From a virus (Duplodnaviria > Caudoviricetes), in the IMG/VR virus record IMGVR_UViG_3300027286_000002: a stretch of DNA of 64,000 nucleotides; one strand, written 5' to 3'. Positions 10,205 to 21,600 of the stretch are shown here, in pieces (the stretch's first letter is position 1; the number at the start of each line of letters is the position of its first letter). The notes below the pieces were generated by a model that was not told the origin of the DNA, ran no database searches, and was given only the letters and a program-made list of their open reading frames with translations. The translations under genes were made by a program, and so were the position numbers.

Positions 10205-10591
10205 ATGCTTAACCAACTCTCAAACGAAAGCACAGTAAACATGAAAACAGAACTTGATTGCATGATTGGTGAAATCTTGATGACTTGTTTAGAAACAAAT
10301 AATGATATTTCTAATATTTTACATCTCAGCAATGGATATGAAAATTCAGAATTTGTTGAAGATTTACACAAGTCTTACCTTATTGGCAATAGGAAGTTTG
10401 ACCTTCAAACAACATTCAGATGTGAAACTCAATTGTGTACAGATGATGATGAAACATATATCCTATATGGATTTATTAAAGACCTTTCAACTGATATGGA
10501 ATTTTCTGAATTTCCACTTACCACAATTTCTGATTTTGCAGATCACTTCAAAAATGAACTTAACAAGTTTATACAAATGAACTTGAGATAA
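10205..10591 (+). CDS. Hypothetical protein
   Basis: Start MLNQLS after SD GAAAGGA. Confidence 0.6.
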   Translation: MLNQLSNESTVNMKTELDCMIGEILMTCLETNNDISNILHLSNGYENSEFVEDLHKSYLIGNRKFDLQTTFRCETQLCTDDDETYILYGFIKDLSTDMEFSEFPLTTISDFADHFKNELNKFIQMNLR

Positions 10592-10610
10592 AGAAAGGAC
10601 ATAGCAAAAG

Positions 10611-10808
10611 ATGCTTAGTCAAAACACCATTATTCAAATGTTCGATAAAGACATTTTAATCAGCGAAGAAACATTAGTTTCTTTTGTTGAAAAAAATCAA
10701 GATAATGAAGAAATGCTTGATGCAATACACCTTTTAAAACACTTCGGTGAAATCCAAATCACAACAGATGCAGGTGATCTTACTCTCACTCTTAAACTTA
10801 AAGATTAA
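10611..10808 (+). CDS. Hypothetical protein
   Basis: ORF with SD GAAAGGA, in a co-oriented cluster. Confidence 0.6.
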   Translation: MLSQNTIIQMFDKDILISEETLVSFVEKNQDNEEMLDAIHLLKHFGEIQITTDAGDLTLTLKLKD

Positions 10809-10811
10809 AAA

Positions 10812-11435
10812 ATGGAAAAGTACAACCTTAAATTCACTACCGATTTACAAGCGATTGCTGATGAAATCACATATCACAATGATGATAGCATTAGCCTTAT
10901 TACTGAAAAGGATATTGAAGTTTTCTTAAAGACTTTTGAAGGATCAGGCAAACTAACATTCTCTTATGGTATCTCTTATTTAAGATCAAGAATGACTAAT
11001 GACTATGAAAGTTTAAAATCACTTGTTGAACTTAGAAAAAAAGACATTGAAGAAAAACTAAAACAAAATGAAAGTATTCTGAAAATCACAGATGCTTTAA
11101 ATTCTGTTGGCACTATGCTGGATGAAACCACTATCAATTCATTTCCTTTAAGTGATTATCGTCAAAGTCTTGATGCTTTAATTGAGAAACTTGAAAAAGA
11201 TTATTGTATTTCTGTGGAAGATGATGATTTAACAAAGCCACTTACTGAAGCAGGCAAAGAGATGTTCGCTTTCTTAGATGCTTTAGAAAGTGAAATCAAA
11301 ACTGAAAGTGAAGATGAAATTTTAATGCCACCTAAAGAAGAGATTGCAGAACTTGTTAAGAAAATCTTTTTAGATTATGACTTGGCTACATATCTTATTT
11401 TTGAAGCTAGAAAATTTGAAAGAACTAGAAATTAA
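10812..11435 (+). CDS. Hypothetical protein
   Basis: Acidic 207-aa ORF, tightly packed. Confidence 0.65.
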   Translation: MEKYNLKFTTDLQAIADEITYHNDDSISLITEKDIEVFLKTFEGSGKLTFSYGISYLRSRMTNDYESLKSLVELRKKDIEEKLKQNESILKITDALNSVGTMLDETTINSFPLSDYRQSLDALIEKLEKDYCISVEDDDLTKPLTEAGKEMFAFLDALESEIKTESEDEILMPPKEEIAELVKKIFLDYDLATYLIFEARKFERTRN

Positions 11436-11450
11436 GAAAGGAAAACTTTT

Positions 11451-11933
11451 ATGGGTTTAGATAACTTTTGGCTCATTCCTAAACAAACTGAAGAAAATCT
11501 TGCAGTATTTTCTAAAGCACCACAAACTCAAGAATCACCTGAAAATGTTGATTTTGAAAATGTTTACTATCATGGCAAACATCCTATTAGTCTTGTAGGT
11601 GGTTTATTTACAAGTGATGGCAATGGATCATTTAGAGGTAAATATTACCTATCTATGTGTGATGCCATGCTAAAAGAAAATAGCTGGTTATATAACTTTC
11701 ATTTTAAATCTGAAATTGAAGATGCCTATAGCCAAATGAGTACATACCTTGATAAGTTCCTAAGTGAAGATGCTGAACAGCATTGGGAAGAATTTATTAA
11801 AGCAGGTAAACAAACTGTTGTAGACCATTATGGTTTTTTTGATGAATACACTATGGATGAAGCAATTGATTTTATCCGTATGTTTGAATATTACTCTACT
11901 GTTGAAAACATCTGTCTTAGTGCTTGGTATTAA
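11451..11933 (+). CDS. Hypothetical phage protein (MGLD...WY type)
   Basis: ORF with SD GAAAGGA. Confidence 0.65.
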   Translation: MGLDNFWLIPKQTEENLAVFSKAPQTQESPENVDFENVYYHGKHPISLVGGLFTSDGNGSFRGKYYLSMCDAMLKENSWLYNFHFKSEIEDAYSQMSTYLDKFLSEDAEQHWEEFIKAGKQTVVDHYGFFDEYTMDEAIDFIRMFEYYSTVENICLSAWY

Positions 11934-11942
11934 TTTTTTTCT

Positions 11943-11973
11943 GAACTTGCAATAAAAACTTATCTTTAGTGTT
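11943..11973 (+). promoter_or_regulatory. Conserved bipartite motif copy 2
   Basis: GAACTTGCAATAAAAACTTATCTTTAGTGTT. Confidence 0.6.
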
Positions 11974-12014
11974 TTACATATCATCCAAACAACAACCAAA
12001 GGATAAAATCCATT

Positions 12015-12350
12015 ATGGATAAAATCATTTCCCAAAAGCAAATTCTTGAATGCAAAATAAATGTTGTCTTAGATACAGCATTTAACAAAAACACTGACAT
12101 TCAAGAAATCAAGTACCTTAGTGGTGCAAATACTCATGACAAAACCTATCTCATTTTTAGAATGACAGGTACTCAAAAGATTGGCATTGAAATCCTACTC
12201 TGTGATGAATATGGAGAAGATTTCATTCTCTTTAAAATCATTAAGGGAAACCAAGAAGTCATTCAATATGAATACTTCTCTTTAGATGGAAATTCTACCA
12301 TTGAACACTTTATCCAACTCTTTCAAAATGAACTCAATAAAAGGATTTAA
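12015..12350 (+). CDS. Hypothetical protein
   Basis: ORF with SD AAAGGA, downstream of motif copy 2. Confidence 0.6.
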   Translation: MDKIISQKQILECKINVVLDTAFNKNTDIQEIKYLSGANTHDKTYLIFRMTGTQKIGIEILLCDEYGEDFILFKIIKGNQEVIQYEYFSLDGNSTIEHFIQLFQNELNKRI

Positions 12351-12355
12351 TAAAA

Positions 12356-12604
12356 ATGGATTTACATTTTATTACTGAAAACACTAGAACTGTCATCTAT
12401 AACACACCTAGACTTTCAGGTCTTGTTGCAGATTTATCTCTTGGCAAATATTCTTTAAGATATATCCTTGAAAAAGAAGATATGGATGCAGTCCTTGAAT
12501 GTCTTACTACAGATGAAAATGATCTTGAACTTAACTTTTTGATTGACACTCTTAAAACATATTCAAAATTTAATGGTGTTGCAATCCCTGATTACAACCA
12601 ATAA
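12356..12604 (+). CDS. Hypothetical protein
   Basis: ORF with SD AAAGGA. Confidence 0.55.
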   Translation: MDLHFITENTRTVIYNTPRLSGLVADLSLGKYSLRYILEKEDMDAVLECLTTDENDLELNFLIDTLKTYSKFNGVAIPDYNQ

Positions 12605-15600
12605 CTAATTTTTCCTAAAGTACATCCTTGTAAATAAAACTAAAATACCTAACATCATTATCAAATTAGTCGCTTGATCTACATTTTGACAACTGCCACC
12701 TTGAAACTTTGTCTTTTTCGTATTCCCTTTATCTTCATACATCACAGGCACTAAATCATAATCCACCAATCTCATATCTCTTATCATCTGATCTATATCT
12801 ATTTGCTTATTTACTGCCATATCACTCACTGACATATCGCTTACATTCATATCACCTGCATTCACTAAATTATTGCCATTTAATACTCTTATCCTAAATG
12901 ACTGTTCTGTTCGTCCACCATCATACATATAATGATCATCTGCACCTTGATAATCTAATGCTATTAAATTTACACTTGCTTCTGTTCCTGCTAAATTACT
13001 AGGCACTTGCCACTCTAATCTAAATAAATTATCATCTATTTGCTCTACTGTCATTTCTGTTGGCGATCCTGCACCTAACTTCATCTCTATTAAATCAAAT
13101 GCTCCTTGATCTTTTACTCGTATATCATATTTATATGTCCTGCCTGCATATGCTATCATATCAGGTACACTTATAAACACAGGTGCTACATTTGATACAT
13201 GAACTCTAATCTTATTGTAATATCCATAAGGTGAAATCATCTTTATTGTGTAGATACCATCATCTTCAAATAAATAAGACACTTCTTCACCTTGCTTATT
13301 TGCCTCGTTTTCTAATAACCATAAATAATCACTTGTCAGATCCGATTCAAGATTACAATTTTCTAAATTCACTTTCGGATTGTCTAATTCTTCTGCACTT
13401 AAAATCACACACCTGCCTTCTTCACTTTGCACATTATCTACTGTTAATAACCATGACTGCACATCAATCTGTTTAATAACTTCTGTTGTTGTATTTGACC
13501 ACTCATCATAAATCAAAATCTTCACAGGTAATAAGCCTGCTCTCTGTGCTTCATATGTTTTACTGCCATTCCAACTTCTCTCTCTTTCAAGTATGCCATC
13601 CATCTCAAAGTCTATCGTATATAACAAATCATCCACATCAGGATCATCTGCTAAAACATTTAAAGAAATCATACCATCATCTTGCCATACCTGTACTTCA
13701 TTTACTTCTGTTGGATGATTGACCACCTGCACTTCTTTTGTAAATACTTCAGATTGCTTATTAGATGTGAAACCTTTGACCTTTATTAAATATGGTGTTT
13801 CTTTCCAAGCATATTTATGTTCTAAATAAGAATTAACAGTACCATCATTCCAATCTACTTCATAGCTTTGAAAATAAGTATCACTAATAACTCTTAAACT
13901 CACTACACCACCTACACCTATTTCAACATCTACATCTGAAATCACAGGTACAGGTGTAGGCTCAATATTTAAAGACACTTCTGTTTCTACATTTGACCAA
14001 AGATCTTTTACTTTAAGATATATTGTATGTTGCTGATTCACATCCAAATTAAAAATCTCTAAGTTCGTTCTTTCTTCATAGTCTTGATCTGCATTTACTT
14101 TCCAATAATACTTAAAAGCATTCGTATCAGGATCACTCGCATTAGCCACTATTAAATAACTACCACCTGCTAGTAAATGTTTATTAATGTTTAAGATTGT
14201 AGGTGCATCCACTATTTGAATTTGTGTTGAGATTGTAGTGTTTAAACCACTTGTATCTTTAACTGTGATTAAAGCAAGATAAGGTTCTGTTTGATATGGC
14301 AAATCAAAATCTAGTTTAGTAAATACTTGATCATGTACTCTCACTTCATAAGATAACTCATCACCATTTGGATCAGTAGCATCTACTACTAACCAGCATT
14401 TACCTGCATATCCAATAAGACTTGTTACTGCATTTATCACAGGTGGCAAGTTTTCCATAAAGTTTAAAGTTTCTAAATTTTTTGTAGCTTGTGATCCTAT
14501 ACTATCTATCACTCGCACACTTGGACTAAAACTACCATAGGATGAATATGTATAAACAAAAATGCCTGTGTTATTTACCATAGATGTACTACCATCACCT
14601 GCATTAAATTCATATTGCAAACTGTCATTATCCATATCAGTAGCATTTACAAAGACAGTTACTAGATTTGTATTCCGTGTTATATCTACATCTAAAATGA
14701 CAGGTGCTTGATTTCCTGTATCTATAATTGTTGTGTATTCTGTTGCTAATCCTAAATTGTCTTTTACCATAATGCTTACAGGTGTTGTATCACTGCTCGC
14801 TTTAAAGGTATATGTATTAAGACTGCTATTTACTACTTCTAAATATGCACTGTCATTTATATCTATAGTATAGATTAAACTACTTGCTTTCTCAAATGAA
14901 TAAGGTTTACTAACTGTTTCACTAGCATCTGAACCATCAAAAGCATTTAAAGTAAAAATACCTGTACCTGTGCTTAATATATATGGTGTTATATATGGTG
15001 GTGTATCTATAACAATATTGTCATTAAAGGTTGCTGTGATAAATGGATCATAATCTGTAATCGTAGCTAAGGCTCTCACTTCTATTAAAGGATTTGGTTG
15101 TGCATAAACTTGAATCTCATAAAATCCATTTCCTTGTTTTTCTATTTGCACGGATGAAATGATAGGATTTAGATTTCTATGTTCAACTGAAATCTCTTGA
15201 ATGACAGGTGGAAGGTTTGGCACTTCGATATAAATGTTTTTTGTTGAAACAAGACCACCTGCATCTGTGGCTGTGATTTTAATCGTATCTACTCTAAATC
15301 CATCACCTATAGGAATATATTCATAAATGCCTGTGGAAATCTCATTTAAACTGCCTTGTCCTGATAAGACTTCTACTTGATAAGACACACTTAAAGATTC
15401 AGGATCAAATGATTGGTTAAGATTAATAAGATTATTAAGAACATCTTCTACAATGACAGGTGGCTGTGTATTTGGCAAGATATTAACAATTACAGATCCA
15501 AAGCTACATAAAGAGCAATCTGTTTTTTCTACACCATCAAGACAAGCATCTGTCCATTGACCATCATCACAAATTTTAAAAGGTATAGAAATCTTAGATA

Positions 15601-17710
15601 AGTTATTAGGTACTAGATAAGACGATTCGCTTGTAGTAAAAACTCCATCAAGGTTTGAATCAAATTCCACAGAAGAAATAAAATCTTTAGGATGGTTTGG
15701 ATAAGGATCTTGATTGCTATCTGCATCATAAGACAGGTTAGCATTTAAAGTGATGGTTTGACCTGTATATCCTGTAAAGGTTTGAGCAATAGCAATAGGT
15801 GCATGGTTATATTTACTGATGCTTATAGATACTGCATTTTCATCATCTACAATACGATTAAGATTATCAATCGTTCTTAAAATGACTTTTTGTTTAATGG
15901 TTTGTCCCCAACTGACATCATTTGTATATGTATATGTAAATTTTTCATTTAGATCATTAGTAGTAAAATCCCATACGATCTCATTACTGTCTATCTTACC
16001 ATTCGCATTAAGATCTTCTGTTAATAAATCATCTACAACATTCCATTTAAATTGCACAATGCTAACTTCAGGATCAAGTGCATAAGACCATGAATGATCA
16101 AAAGTGACAGGTGTGTTAGGTGATATTAATTGTGGTGTTGCTTTGGCATAAGGTTGAACTTCTAACCATGATTGAATGATTTGAGTAATAACAGATGTTT
16201 TTTCATTAGTAGAGAAAGAACCTGCCCATAGCCAATTACCTGTCCAAGTCCAAGTCGCATTAGCTTGTTGTTTAGATGCACCATTAGAATTTTTAGTGGC
16301 ATTTTTACCTGTGAGAAAGAAATCTGTATATTCATTAGACCAATGAGTACCATTAGGTAAATAAGTTATTTCTGGCGAAAAAGATCTAAGACCTTTTGTA
16401 GAAGCATAGATGTAGTAAAGACCCCAATGGCTGTTATCAGTAACATACCAAGATTGGATAGCATTAATAGAAGCATTAACTTGTGCATTTGTATTTAAAT
16501 CCTCGTTTTCTGTCCAGCCATAACCAACAAGAGTATTACCTGCTAGTTTGCCATTACCATTTCCATCATAATAACATATACCATTTGGACAATAAAGTGA
16601 CAGCCAATCTCTTTGTTTTGTTTTAAAACTTTCATAATCTACATTATTAAATTTTCTTTTAAGAATACGAATGGCTTCAGGTGCCCAACCATTTGTTGAG
16701 GCATCGTCTGTAACACCTGCCATATTACTGCAAGTGTAAAACCATGCACCATCAGATGTAGTACATTGTAAAAGACCATCTATAATGTCTTGACCAATAT
16801 TTTTAAGATCATTGCCAAAAATACCTTGTCTACCTACAGGTGAAATATAAGATGAGTTGCCAAAATTTGCCAAAGGCTCAGACCATGCTGTTGATTCATA
16901 GCTAGACCAAAACCAAGCACTTAAATTATTAGTCGCAACAAATTCCATTCCTTTACCTGCATTACCTAATGTATCTGTATCTGTAAATCCTATGTTCTTT
17001 AATTGCATTGTAGATAAAATAGAATGTAGTCCACATTGAGTAAAGTGTCTATAATATGGATCATTATCTCTATTAAGACCAAAGCCATGTCCTCTTCTTA
17101 AAAAAACATTTAATGCCATACCTGTGGAATATAAAGTTTGATTACCTGCTACATAACAAAGATGTTCATTATGTCCAAGTGAATCATTGCCTTTATGGAT
17201 AGCTTGTCTAAATAAATACCATAAGGCTATATCTACTGCTCTACTAGAATAAATTTGTCTTGTAAGATTTAGGTTGCCATCGTTCGCTGTGCAATTTGCA
17301 TTTAAAGGATCATTATAGTAATTATCACAGATACGATCTACATGAATAAGAACAGGCATAGTAGCTGTGGCAATTTCACTGCCACAAGTCACTTCTACTT
17401 TAGGATAAATATAAGTATTACCTAAAGCATTAGGATATTGATATGCTAAATGTAAAGGTGCAAAAAATGAATTACCAGCGATTGATGTACTTGTTTCACT
17501 AGCATCATTAAAATCACCATCACCATTTACATCCCAACGATAAGAATAAGAGTTACATCCTTCAGCAATAGCTTGTAAATGAGTAGGTAAACCATTTACT
17601 GCGATATGTGGAATATCAGGATTAGATTGCACATAAGGAATAGTAGATACTTTAAGTTGAGCGAATGCAACATAAGGTATCAAGAGAAAAAGAAAAAATG
17701 TTTTGTTCAT
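12605..17710 (-). CDS. Giant exported PKD/Ig-repeat surface protein with MYXO-CTERM-like sorting signal
   Basis: Signal peptide MNKTFFLFLLIPYVAFA. Aromatic helical N-terminal domain. Many PKD/Ig-like repeats (N-x-x-P-V-I, A-x-D-x-D-x-D-x-L-x-Y, WNDG, GDG). DM-x-V-S-DM linker. GGSC + TM helix + RMYFRKN C-terminus. Confidence 0.75.
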   Translation of the reverse strand: MNKTFFLFLLIPYVAFAQLKVSTIPYVQSNPDIPHIAVNGLPTHLQAIAEGCNSYSYRWDVNGDGDFNDASETSTSIAGNSFFAPLHLAYQYPNALGNTYIYPKVEVTCGSEIATATMPVLIHVDRICDNYYNDPLNANCTANDGNLNLTRQIYSSRAVDIALWYLFRQAIHKGNDSLGHNEHLCYVAGNQTLYSTGMALNVFLRRGHGFGLNRDNDPYYRHFTQCGLHSILSTMQLKNIGFTDTDTLGNAGKGMEFVATNNLSAWFWSSYESTAWSEPLANFGNSSYISPVGRQGIFGNDLKNIGQDIIDGLLQCTTSDGAWFYTCSNMAGVTDDASTNGWAPEAIRILKRKFNNVDYESFKTKQRDWLSLYCPNGICYYDGNGNGKLAGNTLVGYGWTENEDLNTNAQVNASINAIQSWYVTDNSHWGLYYIYASTKGLRSFSPEITYLPNGTHWSNEYTDFFLTGKNATKNSNGASKQQANATWTWTGNWLWAGSFSTNEKTSVITQIIQSWLEVQPYAKATPQLISPNTPVTFDHSWSYALDPEVSIVQFKWNVVDDLLTEDLNANGKIDSNEIVWDFTTNDLNEKFTYTYTNDVSWGQTIKQKVILRTIDNLNRIVDDENAVSISISKYNHAPIAIAQTFTGYTGQTITLNANLSYDADSNQDPYPNHPKDFISSVEFDSNLDGVFTTSESSYLVPNNLSKISIPFKICDDGQWTDACLDGVEKTDCSLCSFGSVIVNILPNTQPPVIVEDVLNNLINLNQSFDPESLSVSYQVEVLSGQGSLNEISTGIYEYIPIGDGFRVDTIKITATDAGGLVSTKNIYIEVPNLPPVIQEISVEHRNLNPIISSVQIEKQGNGFYEIQVYAQPNPLIEVRALATITDYDPFITATFNDNIVIDTPPYITPYILSTGTGIFTLNAFDGSDASETVSKPYSFEKASSLIYTIDINDSAYLEVVNSSLNTYTFKASSDTTPVSIMVKDNLGLATEYTTIIDTGNQAPVILDVDITRNTNLVTVFVNATDMDNDSLQYEFNAGDGSTSMVNNTGIFVYTYSSYGSFSPSVRVIDSIGSQATKNLETLNFMENLPPVINAVTSLIGYAGKCWLVVDATDPNGDELSYEVRVHDQVFTKLDFDLPYQTEPYLALITVKDTSGLNTTISTQIQIVDAPTILNINKHLLAGGSYLIVANASDPDTNAFKYYWKVNADQDYEERTNLEIFNLDVNQQHTIYLKVKDLWSNVETEVSLNIEPTPVPVISDVDVEIGVGGVVSLRVISDTYFQSYEVDWNDGTVNSYLEHKYAWKETPYLIKVKGFTSNKQSEVFTKEVQVVNHPTEVNEVQVWQDDGMISLNVLADDPDVDDLLYTIDFEMDGILERERSWNGSKTYEAQRAGLLPVKILIYDEWSNTTTEVIKQIDVQSWLLTVDNVQSEEGRCVILSAEELDNPKVNLENCNLESDLTSDYLWLLENEANKQGEEVSYLFEDDGIYTIKMISPYGYYNKIRVHVSNVAPVFISVPDMIAYAGRTYKYDIRVKDQGAFDLIEMKLGAGSPTEMTVEQIDDNLFRLEWQVPSNLAGTEASVNLIALDYQGADDHYMYDGGRTEQSFRIRVLNGNNLVNAGDMNVSDMSVSDMAVNKQIDIDQMIRDMRLVDYDLVPVMYEDKGNTKKTKFQGGSCQNVDQATNLIMMLGILVLFTRMYFRKN

Positions 17711-17811
17711 ATATGGATCTACCTTTGTTAAGTTTAACAAAGGTTTAAAAATTTAATAATCATTAAAAGAATAACCTAATAGTAAACTTATTTTTCACAA
17801 AGGATATAAAA

Positions 17812-18651
17812 ATGCCTGTTTCTTATGTTGATATTACAAGAGAAGAATTGGAAGAATGGTTAGATAGTTTGCCAAATAAATGGACAAAAGATCCACGAAT
17901 GGCAGGTATCTACTATATTCATTTATCAGATGTAGTAGCAGTTAAGCTATCATCTACACAAACTGCAAGCAGTGGATCTATGGGATATGCTGAAGGTTCA
18001 ATGAAGTTAAGTCTTGTGAGTTTAGTAACAAAGCAGTTATTAAATAAGAAAGATGCAGATCGTTCACATTTCAAAAGAACTTTAAATTGGAAAAAAACAT
18101 GGAAAGATGGTGTAGAGCATTGGTCTTCTGTGTATAACAATGCCAAAGGTTTTTATGACAGGATTGCAGAGATTGAAGATCGTGTAGAATATAAGAAAAA
18201 TCTGTTAGAAGATATTGAAAGTGTTTATGGTTGGGAAAAGAATACTTTCTTAACTAGTATGCACGAAAAAGTCACAAATAATAATATTTTGACTGTTGCT
18301 CAGGAAGATGCGATTGCTAAGTTTTTAAGAAACAAAGCAGAACCAAAGAAAACCTTTGAACCTAGACCATCATTTGAACCTAGACCATCATTTGAGCCAA
18401 GTAGACCTACTTATGAAAGACCTGTATCTACACCAAAGACATATACAGATGCTCCATCTGCTATTAAAGGTATTGTAATGACACCTGAACAAGAAAGAGC
18501 AATGGCAAGATTGGTAGCTTTAACAGAAGTAGCATCACCTGTGGATAAGACATATACTTTGATTATGATTAATAAAGCAAGACAAGGTATTAAACTGTCA
18601 AATGAAGAAAAACAAAAACTTTTAGGTCTTTTAAAAGATTACAACATTTAA
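17812..18651 (+). CDS. Hypothetical protein; C-terminal half paralogous to 46364..47071
   Basis: FLxS...LTxAQ and KAxxG...NxxExxx...KxY blocks shared with 46364. Confidence 0.65.
   Translation: MPVSYVDITREELEEWLDSLPNKWTKDPRMAGIYYIHLSDVVAVKLSSTQTASSGSMGYAEGSMKLSLVSLVTKQLLNKKDADRSHFKRTLNWKKTWKDGVEHWSSVYNNAKGFYDRIAEIEDRVEYKKNLLEDIESVYGWEKNTFLTSMHEKVTNNNILTVAQEDAIAKFLRNKAEPKKTFEPRPSFEPRPSFEPSRPTYERPVSTPKTYTDAPSAIKGIVMTPEQERAMARLVALTEVASPVDKTYTLIMINKARQGIKLSNEEKQKLLGLLKDYNI
18355..18399 (+). repeat. 18-bp tandem repeat x2.5 encoding (FEPRPS)n
   Basis: TTTGAACCTAGACCATCA twice plus TTTGAGCCA. Confidence 0.9.
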
Positions 18652-18672
18652 CATAAAAAAGGATGTTATAAA

Positions 18673-21600
18673 ATGGCAATTAAAAGAGCAAATGACGAAC
18701 AAGATGAAATCGTTGATAAAAAGACACTGCTAGATTTGAGCAGATTTCTTTTGATTTTAGATAGATGTGTAGAATTAGGTACAGAGATGCCTGCTGATTT
18801 ATTAGCAGAAGGTTTTGAACTATATCGTTTAAACATTAATGGCATCAATGAAATTGGTGGACTGTTTTTTGATGAGATTGTATCAACAGTACAAAAACTC
18901 AATCCACTTTACACTAAATATCGTTCAGCTAAAAAAACATACAGTTCTGAAAGTTTACAACTTAGAATAGGTTTAATTGAAAGCTGTTTTAGATATTTAA
19001 GTACAAACAGTGCAGAAATTCTCAAGTTTGGTGAAAATGATCCTTTAATGATCAATTACATTAAAGATATTAATCAAGGTGTGCTTGAAAAAAAGACCAA
19101 ACAAAGTTTGAAAAATTTGATCAATATTCCATCATTCTTATATTTAAAGACAAGTGCCAAATCACCTACATCTTGGATTAAGAAATTGATTGATGCTAAT
19201 ATTACCAATTCAAGTGAAGTGGAAAAATTAGATCAAATGATTGCGATCAAAGAAAGCTATATCAATATTGCTACTGAAATCAGAGAGTTTGATACAAAAG
19301 CTAGATCTTTAAATCCAAACACTAAAGAATATATTGATATTCAAGATGCAAGAAGAGAAAAACTTCAAGCACTCATCACTGAAATTTATGAAAATGAAGG
19401 TAAAGATGCTAAAAGTATTTTAAATTCTTTAACAAGCACCATTCACAGTACAGATACACATATCACTGAAACAGGTAAAAGATTAAATCTAACACCTGAA
19501 CAAGAACTTGCTATGACTGTAGAAGGTAAAGCAATCATCGCCGCAGGTGCAGGCTCAGGTAAAACTCGTGTTCTTGCAGGTCGTGTTGCATGGCTTATTA
19601 AAGAAAAAGGTGTACCTGCTAATAAAATCATGGCAACATCTTTTACTAGAAACTCTGCTATTGAATTAAAAGAAAGAATCCAAAAACCTGAATTTGCAGG
19701 TGAAGGTGCTATCTATGGTGATGGTTTTGGTACATCACATTCTATTGCATATAGAATTTTAATGAAGAATACCAAAGACAATAATAAAGTAGATCATGCT
19801 TTAGACGGCAAGTTAGTGGATATTGCTCTTAATCAAATTGAAATGTCACCTAATGTTCCTAAAAATCAAGTAGGCAAATTTTCTAATAAGCCTATGTTTG
19901 ATCAATATACAGAACAAGACATTAATAACTATATTCAGATCATCAATAACTTTATGGGATATGCTAACTATTTCATGAATGATCCAAATACAAATCCTCA
20001 AGAAAAACAAGTTTTAGCTAAAGATATTGCTCTCTTGAATGTCATTCAAAAAAATAAAATCTTGCCTTATGATCTAGATGCTAGTCAAAAAGAATATCTT
20101 AATAGCATGATCAATTCTGAAAGAGGCAAGAAAGTTTTTGGTAAATTACTTGCTCAAGATAAACTTGAGAATTTAGAAAGACTTCAAAAGTTTGGTAAAT
20201 CAAATAAAACATCTGCTAAAAACTTTGAAGATCTTGAAGCTGAAGCTGATAAAAGTGAAAAAGGTTTGCCAGCGAAAGACTCACCATATTTTAAAAATAC
20301 ACCTGCCAATATGTGGTTTAATTTAGGTTTAAATGGATCTGATATTGAAGTTCAAAAGAACATTTTAAAGAATAATAAATTGTTTCAAGAATTATATAGT
20401 TTAGAAAAAGATATGGAAAACTACACAGATAAAAGACAATCTGATTGGTTTCATAAAAAAGTATCTCAATTTTACAACAATGTAATGTCTGTAAAACAAG
20501 TTAAAGAAATGTTGCCACCTAACTTTCTTAATAATGCTTTAGTCGCAGTCTATGGTGCTTATTTATGGCTTAAAGAAAATGATACTACATTTAGAGGTTA
20601 TTGCAGTGGTGATGACCAACTTGTTAAGACCATTGGATTACTTGTAAAGAAACCTGCTCTTTTAGCATCTTTACAAAGACAATATTCTCATATCATGGTG
20701 GACGAAGCACAAGACTTAAATCAATCTCAACATATCTTCTTTGGTTTAATTGCAGGCACTATCAATCCTGCGAACTTAATGCAATATACAGATGATGAAA
20801 TGCAACTCGTTGTGAAAGATCAAAATAAACCTGATGTTAAATCTAAAGTTTATGGTCGCATGAGAGCAGAATCTTATGTTTTGATTGGTGATGATAAACA
20901 AGCGATTTATGAATTTAGAGGTGCTACACCTAAAGAATTTATTGGTAAATCTGATCTTCTTAATGGTGGTTTCCAAACTGCTATCATTCCTACCAATTTT
21001 AGAAGTGGTGGTGATATTGTAGATACTGCTAATAAACTCATCTCTTATAATGAACAAATTCCTATGACTTGTGTTTCTGTTCCAGCTAAAGGCACAGGTT
21101 CTATTTATTATGAAGTAACACCTGATACTACTTTTAATAGTGATGCTATTCGCTTAATAGAAGAAATTAAAACACATATTGAATTAGGTGGAAAAGCAGA
21201 AGATTATGGTGTTGCTACTAGATCTAAGAGAGAAGCATATCCTTTCTTATTGCAAGCATTAAAAGAAAAGATTCCTTTCCGATCACAAACCAATCCTTTA
21301 ATGAAAAGCAATTTTAAGAATGTATTCAAATGGCTAAATTTTATTAGTTTGCCTGATTCTGCTGTAGATGAACTTAATAACTATGTTTTAACTTTGCATA
21401 ACACAGGACCCACTTACTTTTTAGGTGAAAAGAACTTCAATGTTGTTGTTAGGGATTTATTGCAAAGTAAAAAGAATGTTAATCTCTTAACTGATCTTTC
21501 TGAGGATAATTTTCCTATCACTGAAACATCTGTTCGTAAAAATGTTGAAGTTTATCTTAGAACTCTTAAACAAGCTAGACGAATTACAGGTAGTCCTATA

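Noticed and set aside
16000-17300. Alpha-2-macroglobulin thioester domain in the giant surface protein
   Set aside because: No CGEQ-type thioester motif.
19830-20610. Intein in the helicase insertion
   Set aside because: No block A Cys/Ser start, TxxH or terminal HN + C/S/T pattern found.
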